Source: a virus (lineage: Duplodnaviria > Caudoviricetes). From it: a stretch of 45,076 nt of DNA. Of this stretch, positions 40,571 through 45,076 are shown piece after piece. Under the pieces are notes generated by a model that was not told the DNA's origin, searched no databases, and saw only the letters and a program-made list of their open reading frames with translations. The DNA lies in the IMG/VR virus record IMGVR_UViG_3300036856_000040, positions 1-45,076 of that record. One strand, 5' to 3'. Numbering within the stretch: the first letter of the stretch is position 1; every line of letters starts with the position of its first letter. The position numbers were made by a program, and so were the translations under genes.

Positions 40571-40757
40571 ACTGATGACCAGCACCGAGGCCGGTGCGGT
40601 TCTGGGCAAGAGCGGCCGGACCGTTCAGCGCATGGCCGAGAACGGCGAGCTGGCCTACGTGCGCAAGCTGCCCGGCAAGAACGGTGCCTACCTGTTCGAC
40701 AGCGCCGTGATCGAGAGCGCCGCGGCCGGGCGGCCGTCAGAGCAGGTCAGCACCTGA
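40557..40757 (+). CDS. Cro-like HTH protein
   Basis: MTSTEAGAVLGKSGRTVQRMAENGEL..RKLPGKNGAYLFD; divergent from the repressor. Confidence 0.8.
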   Translation: MTNDALMTSTEAGAVLGKSGRTVQRMAENGELAYVRKLPGKNGAYLFDSAVIESAAAGRPSEQVST

Positions 40758-40764
40758 AACGAAC

Positions 40765-40817
40765 GGGGCGCCCTGCTGTCACAGGACGCCCCACCCGGCG
40801 GGGAGCACTGCGCCGGG
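40765..40817 (+). promoter_or_regulatory. Tandem hairpins after cro
   Basis: GGGGCG.CCTG/CAGG.CGCCCC and CCCGGCG/CGCCGGG, then AGGGAG SD. Confidence 0.45.
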
Positions 40818-40843
40818 AATCTCAACCAGCATAGGGAGCACCA

Positions 40844-41206
40844 GTGCAGAACCGCAGCAAGCCGCAACTGACCGGCCAGCAGCAACGCCGCGTGGACGAG
40901 GCCCGGCAGATCGCCGACGCCGAGGCCCGGGACGTCGCCGGTAACTACGGCCACACTCCCGCCGGACCGTACGGGTACGCCTTCGGTGCGGCCCAGAGCG
41001 TCATCAAGGCCCTGCTCGACGTCATCGCCGAACTGGCCGACGAGCAGTCCGCCGCGGACCGGGCCGTCACCGAGCAGCTGCGCCGGGACGGTGAGGCCCT
41101 CGGCCACGCCATCGCGGCCGACCTGGACGAGCAGACGGGTGGCCCCCTGGGGATCGTCTGCGTCCGGCCGGGCGAGCAGGACGAGCAGACGGACGGCGAG
41201 AAGTGA
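40844..41206 (+). CDS. Hypothetical early protein
   Basis: AGGGAG SD. Confidence 0.7.
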   Translation: MQNRSKPQLTGQQQRRVDEARQIADAEARDVAGNYGHTPAGPYGYAFGAAQSVIKALLDVIAELADEQSAADRAVTEQLRRDGEALGHAIAADLDEQTGGPLGIVCVRPGEQDEQTDGEK

Positions 41207-41517
41207 GCACCGTCGCTGAGCGGGTGGCAGCCGGGGCCGCGTTCCTGGACGAGCAGGAGCCCGGCTGGGACAAGCGTGTCGATCCGAACCAACTGGACAT
41301 CGGGGCAAGCTGCAAATGCCCCCTCGGTCAGCTCCACGGCTCGTACAGCGATGGGCTGCTATCCACGGGAATCCTCGACCTGTATGGGACCTCCGCCGAC
41401 ATTGACCACGGCTTCATGTGGGCGTCGCGGGACCGGTTCGAAGACGTGCGGGCCGAGATCTTCGTCCTGACCGCCGAGTGGAAGCGGGTCATCACCGAAC
41501 GGCGGGCCGCACAGTGA
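41203..41517 (+). CDS. Conserved phage hypothetical protein
   Basis: ERVAAGAAFLD..EPGW...LDI...C.LGQL.GSY...LTAEWK. Confidence 0.75.
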   Translation: MSTVAERVAAGAAFLDEQEPGWDKRVDPNQLDIGASCKCPLGQLHGSYSDGLLSTGILDLYGTSADIDHGFMWASRDRFEDVRAEIFVLTAEWKRVITERRAAQ

Positions 41518-41780
41518 CCGCCCTGGCCGTCCCGCTGGCCCGCCGCGCCACCGGCCGTCACCGCCTCACCTGGAAGCAGCGGCTCATTCGCCGGAACGAG
41601 CGTGCCGCCCGCGAACTGGACCGCGCCCAGCCCCGCCGGCAAGCCAGGCGGGCCGCTCACGTCCTCATCCGCACGTCCTCCGCGCCCGCCTACGCGGGCA
41701 ACGGCCACTACCTGGCCGCGTTCGAAACCGCCGCCGGGCTGCTCCTGGCCGGCCTGATTCTCCTGGTGGTGTTCTGGTGA
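41514..41780 (+). CDS. Basic protein with C-terminal TM anchor
   Basis: GTGA overlaps on both sides. Confidence 0.6.
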   Translation: MTALAVPLARRATGRHRLTWKQRLIRRNERAARELDRAQPRRQARRAAHVLIRTSSAPAYAGNGHYLAAFETAAGLLLAGLILLVVFW

Positions 41781-42007
41781 AGACGATCAACCTGCTGACC
41801 CCGGCCGAAGTGGCCGCCATGTTCCGGGTCGACCCCAAGACAGTGACCCGCTGGGCCAAGGTGGGCCGGCTCACCAGCACGCGCACGCTCGGCGGCGCAC
41901 GGCGCTACTTCGACGTCGAGGTAGAGGCCCTGCTGCGGGGCGTGCCGCTCAGCGAGCGGGAGCGCACGGCCCTGGCGGCCGACTACGCCAAGCAGGTGCT
42001 CGGATGA
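41777..42007 (+). CDS. bldC: BldC homologue (developmental MerR-like regulator)
   Basis: LLTPAEVAAMFRVDPKTVTRWAKVGRLTSTRTLGGARRY versus recalled Streptomyces BldC LLTPAEVATMFRVDPKTVTRWAKAGKLTSIRTLGGHRRY. Confidence 0.85.
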   Translation: MKTINLLTPAEVAAMFRVDPKTVTRWAKVGRLTSTRTLGGARRYFDVEVEALLRGVPLSERERTALAADYAKQVLG

Positions 42008-42276
42008 CCGCCCCCGGCAAGGCCCTCGTCCTTCACGCGACCGCCCGCCCGGTCCGCCACCTGCCCCACCTGCACGGCCTGGGTTCCCGTCGCCGTATCG
42101 CCGTCGAATGCACCTGCCAGCCCGGCACCGCGCTGGGTGTGGCCGGGCTCGGCCCGGACGACTGGGACGGCCAGAAGGTGTGGGACCTCCTGCAGGACCA
42201 CATCGAAGCGGTCGCCCACCGGCAGGACAACGCCGCCGGGTACACGCGCAGCGTGCTGGAGGTGAGCGTGCCGTGA
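42004..42276 (+). CDS. Hypothetical protein
   Basis: ATGA overlap. Confidence 0.6.
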   Translation: MTAPGKALVLHATARPVRHLPHLHGLGSRRRIAVECTCQPGTALGVAGLGPDDWDGQKVWDLLQDHIEAVAHRQDNAAGYTRSVLEVSVP

Positions 42277-42569
42277 AGACGAAGACCCGCATCCAGGCGT
42301 TCAGCTACGTCACCGAGGTCGAGGTCACCATCGACCCCGACGACCTGCACGACGACGGCTGGCACCACGAGAGCGAATGCGGCGGCGGTGACGACGCTGC
42401 AGCGGCCAGCCCCACCAGCCGGGCGCTGCCCGCGCCGGACCCGGCCGGGCAGGCGATAGCTAGCCTCCACCGCCAGGCCCACCCGTCCCAGGCCCCCGAC
42501 GTCACCCTGTGCCGCGAGGAGCCCTGCCGGTCCCTGGGGCTGCACGAGCTAAGGCGGCTGGCCCTGTGA
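42273..42569 (+). CDS. Hypothetical His/Cys protein
   Basis: GGAGGTG SD; GTGA overlaps. Confidence 0.65.
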   Translation: MKTKTRIQAFSYVTEVEVTIDPDDLHDDGWHHESECGGGDDAAAASPTSRALPAPDPAGQAIASLHRQAHPSQAPDVTLCREEPCRSLGLHELRRLAL

Positions 42570-42844
42570 TCGCCGCCACCAGCCTCGGCAGCCCCCGCAA
42601 CGGCATGCCCGGCCGCACCGGCTACGTCTGGCACGGCAAGCCAGAGCTCAGTGAAGCCGTACAGCACCGCCTGCGCCCGAAGCGGCCCCGGCCCATCACC
42701 GATCCCGACGCCGCCCGGTTCCGCGTCCGTGACGTCCCCGCGAGCTGCACCTGCAAGTGGCTCTGGCGCAGCCGGCACCCGAAGCACTGGCAGCGCCGGT
42801 CCACCGCGACCGGCTGCCCCTGGCACACCGGGAGGCCAGCGTGA
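42566..42844 (+). CDS. Hypothetical zinc-binding protein
   Basis: CTC.W...GCPWH; GTGA overlaps. Confidence 0.55.
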   Translation: MIAATSLGSPRNGMPGRTGYVWHGKPELSEAVQHRLRPKRPRPITDPDAARFRVRDVPASCTCKWLWRSRHPKHWQRRSTATGCPWHTGRPA

Positions 42845-43143
42845 TCGCCGACCTCGTCTTCCTGGACGCCTGCGGCCTGGCCGCCATCCTCCTCGGCCTG
42901 TACGTCCCCAGGATGCGGCAGCAGTGGCGCAACGCCCGCGGCGTCATCGAGCTCACCGAGACCGAAGCCGCCGCACGGTGCGACGCCTGCTCAGACCCGT
43001 CCGGGATGGCCTGGTGCGTCTGCCCGGTCAACTGCGGGCACCGGCTGTGCCGGGGACGGCACAGCCACGCCCGGTGGACCGAAGGCGACATGGACGTGCT
43101 GGCGGGAGATATGGCCAGCGTGAATAGGGAGGGGCAGTGGTGA
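42841..43143 (+). CDS. Membrane-anchored Cys-rich protein
   Basis: GGAGG SD; TM then CDAC..CVC...C...C. Confidence 0.6.
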   Translation: MIADLVFLDACGLAAILLGLYVPRMRQQWRNARGVIELTETEAAARCDACSDPSGMAWCVCPVNCGHRLCRGRHSHARWTEGDMDVLAGDMASVNREGQW

Positions 43144-43967
43144 CGCTCGCACCCGGCGTGCATGACATCCCGGAAGCCGACTACTTCGCCGCCACGGACG
43201 CCCTGTCCTGCTCCGGCGCCAAGCTGCTGCTGCCGCCCAACTGCCCGGCCCTGTTCCGGTGGCGGCAGGACCACCCGGAGCACAAGGACGTGTTCGACTT
43301 CGGGTCCGCCGCCCACAAGATGGTGCTCGGCGCTGGGCCGAAGATCGCCCTGGTCGACGCCCCGGACTGGCGCAGTAAGGCAGCAAAGGAAGCCAAGGCC
43401 GAGGCCTACGCCGACGGTGCGACCCCGCTGCTGCTGGCTGACTTCAGCCGCGTCCAGGCCATGGCCGAGGCGATCCTGCGGCATCCCGTGGCCAACGCCC
43501 TGGTCGGTCCCGGCCGGGGCAACGCCGAACGATCCCTGTTCTGGGTGGACGAGGACACCGGCGTTCACCGCCGATGCCGTGTCGACCAGCTACCCAACCC
43601 CGGTCCGGGCCGGTACGTCGTCACCGACTACAAGACCTGCGCCAAGGCCGACCCCGCGTCGATCGCCAAGGCTGTGGCCAACTTCGGCTACGCGATGCAG
43701 GACGCCTGGTACCTCGACGGCGCGACCGCGCTCGGCCTGGCCGACGACCCCGCGTTCGTCTTCATCTTCCAGGAGAAAGAGCCGCCCTACCTGGTGACCG
43801 TCGTCCAGCTCGACGACGAAGCCCGCGCAGTCGGCCGCGAACGAAACCGCATCGCCATCGAGCGGTTCCGCGACTGCACCGAGGCCGGGCACTGGCCCGG
43901 CTACTCCGAAGACATCGAGCAGATCGCCCTGCCGCCGTGGGCGGCACGCACGGAGGTTTACGCATGA
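43140..43967 (+). CDS. RecE-like (ExoVIII/PD-(D/E)XK) exonuclease
   Basis: LSCSGAK, FGSAAH, ERSLFW, RCRVD, DYKT, YAMQDAWY, FIFQEKEPPY. Confidence 0.9.
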   Translation: MTLAPGVHDIPEADYFAATDALSCSGAKLLLPPNCPALFRWRQDHPEHKDVFDFGSAAHKMVLGAGPKIALVDAPDWRSKAAKEAKAEAYADGATPLLLADFSRVQAMAEAILRHPVANALVGPGRGNAERSLFWVDEDTGVHRRCRVDQLPNPGPGRYVVTDYKTCAKADPASIAKAVANFGYAMQDAWYLDGATALGLADDPAFVFIFQEKEPPYLVTVVQLDDEARAVGRERNRIAIERFRDCTEAGHWPGYSEDIEQIALPPWAARTEVYA

Positions 43968-44911
43968 CCGACATCGCCGTCTACCAGCCCCCCGCCGCCG
44001 AGATCGCCCTGCGCCAGATCGACGACTGGGCGCCCATCCTCGGCCAGGTGGCCGACCTGGCCAGCAAGATCGCCAGCAGCCCGTTCGTGCCCGACGGCCT
44101 GCGCGGGTCGGTCCCGGCGGTCGCCGCCGCGATCCTGACGGCCCGTGAGCTGAACGTCCCGCCGATGACCGGGCTGGCCAACATCCACGTCATCAAGGGC
44201 AAGCCAGCGCTGTCCGCCCTGCTGATGCGCGCCCTCATCCAGGCGCAGGGCCACGACTGGCAGGACGGCGAAGTCACCGACGCCAAGGCCGTCGTCCGCG
44301 GCCGCCGCAAGGGCGAGGCCGAGTGGACGGTCGTCGAGTTCACCGCCGCCCAGGCCCGCGCCGCCAAGATCGACCTCGGCGGCTACCCGCAGGACAAGCT
44401 GTACGCCCGGGCCACGTCCCGGCTGGCCCGCCGGAAGTTCGCCGACGTCATCGCGGGTATGCCCTACAGCGCCGAAGAACTCGAAGACGAGCCCGGCGAC
44501 ACGACCACCGAACCGGCCGCGCCCAGCGGCCCGCTGAAGGCCGCCGACATTCTCGGCCAGGCCACCCCCAAGACGGCCTCTCCCGCGACCCCCGCGCCCC
44601 GAGCGCCGGAGCCTCAGCCCACCCCCCCGGCTGAGCGAGTCGCGGGAGAGGTCCCCGACGACCGGCCAGCACCGCCCATCGCCAGCGGCCAGGTCGGGAT
44701 CATCCAGTCCCACTTCAGCCGCCTCGGCTACAGCGACGACGACCGGGACGCCCGGCTCCGCATCACGGCCAGGCTGGCCGGCCTGGACGACGTCGGGTCC
44801 ACGAAGGAGCTGGATCAGCAGCAGGCCGCCCGCGTCATCGAGCACCTGTCCCGGTGCCGGGACATGGACGCGCTGACCGCGCTGCTGGAAGACGGCGAGA
44901 TCGATGGCTGA
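43964..44911 (+). CDS. RecT-like ssDNA annealing protein
   Basis: FVPDGLRG..PAVAAAIL..RELNVPPM..L.NIHVIKGKP.LSA.LMRAL; LYARATSRLARRKFADV; coupled to the exonuclease. Confidence 0.8.
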   Translation: MTDIAVYQPPAAEIALRQIDDWAPILGQVADLASKIASSPFVPDGLRGSVPAVAAAILTARELNVPPMTGLANIHVIKGKPALSALLMRALIQAQGHDWQDGEVTDAKAVVRGRRKGEAEWTVVEFTAAQARAAKIDLGGYPQDKLYARATSRLARRKFADVIAGMPYSAEELEDEPGDTTTEPAAPSGPLKAADILGQATPKTASPATPAPRAPEPQPTPPAERVAGEVPDDRPAPPIASGQVGIIQSHFSRLGYSDDDRDARLRITARLAGLDDVGSTKELDQQQAARVIEHLSRCRDMDALTALLEDGEIDG

Positions 44912-45076
44912 CGCCTACGAGATGACCGGGGCCGTGCCGCTGCCCAACGGGGTGGCCGAGGTCGGCCACCAGGGCGCGGACGTCGTCCTGCTGCTGCACG
45001 GCATGCGCCGCGCCGACTTCGGCCCGGACGTGCGCACCGAGTTCATGAAGCTGTTCATGGAGGCCGAGGGGCGCGC
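44904..45076 (+). CDS. 5' part of the junction-spanning hypothetical protein (ends at 164)
   Basis: ATG at 44904 overlaps the RecT-like stop; frame continues across the repeat. Confidence 0.7.
   Translation, partial: MADAYEMTGAVPLPNGVAEVGHQGADVVLLLHGMRRADFGPDVRTEFMKLFMEAEGR
44950..45076 (+). repeat. Terminal direct repeat copy 2
   Basis: Identical to 1-127. Confidence 0.95.

Larger units (their letters stand above)
1..45076. mobile_element. Complete temperate siphovirus (HK97-type head, non-contractile tail) of an actinomycete, carrying an AICE-like transfer module
   Basis: Full set of packaging, head, tail, lysis, integrase/repressor, recombination and replication genes in canonical order; identical ends; high GC. 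Confidence 0.95.

Noticed and set aside
1-45076. tRNA, rRNA or tmRNA genes
   Set aside because: No cloverleaf or T-loop consensus recognised in any intergenic region by eye; tRNAscan-SE/ARAGORN would confirm.

Overview
The window is an apparently complete, circularly assembled genome (127-bp terminal overlap, so about 44,949 bp unique) of a high-GC temperate siphovirus. Its host is probably a filamentous actinomycete, because it carries BldC-, DUF397-, FxSxx-COOH- and TraB-type genes. Gene order: DNA methyltransferases and replication initiator/origin (0-2.4 kb); late regulator, packaging HNH, cos-like gap and a terminase split into ATPase and nuclease genes (3.7-8.1 kb); HK97-type portal, protease and capsid; two free-standing HNH homing endonucleases; a glycosyltransferase/Cys-rich/appendage module including a 1261-aa Ser/Thr/Ala/Gly-rich protein with an internal PhoD-like phosphatase; tail genes with a -1 frameshift chaperone and a TMP bearing a lytic transglycosylase; and a lysis cassette. 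A leftward accessory block (32.9-38.9 kb) follows that looks like the transfer module of an actinomycete integrative conjugative element (AICE): GntR/KorSA-like repressor with operator, Spd-like membrane proteins, TraB-like FtsK ATPase and a clt-like repeat array directly downstream. Next come an arm-less tyrosine integrase with a BPs/Brujita-type repressor and Cro, and early genes including a near-identical BldC homologue and RecE/RecT. The most striking hypotheses are: (1) a tailed phage able to spread by TraB-type mycelial conjugation; (2) an orphan FxSxx-COOH RiPP precursor that may mimic a host signalling/defence peptide; (3) host-development mimics (BldC, DUF397); (4) a virion-borne PhoD. 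All family assignments come from motif recognition by eye, not database searches.
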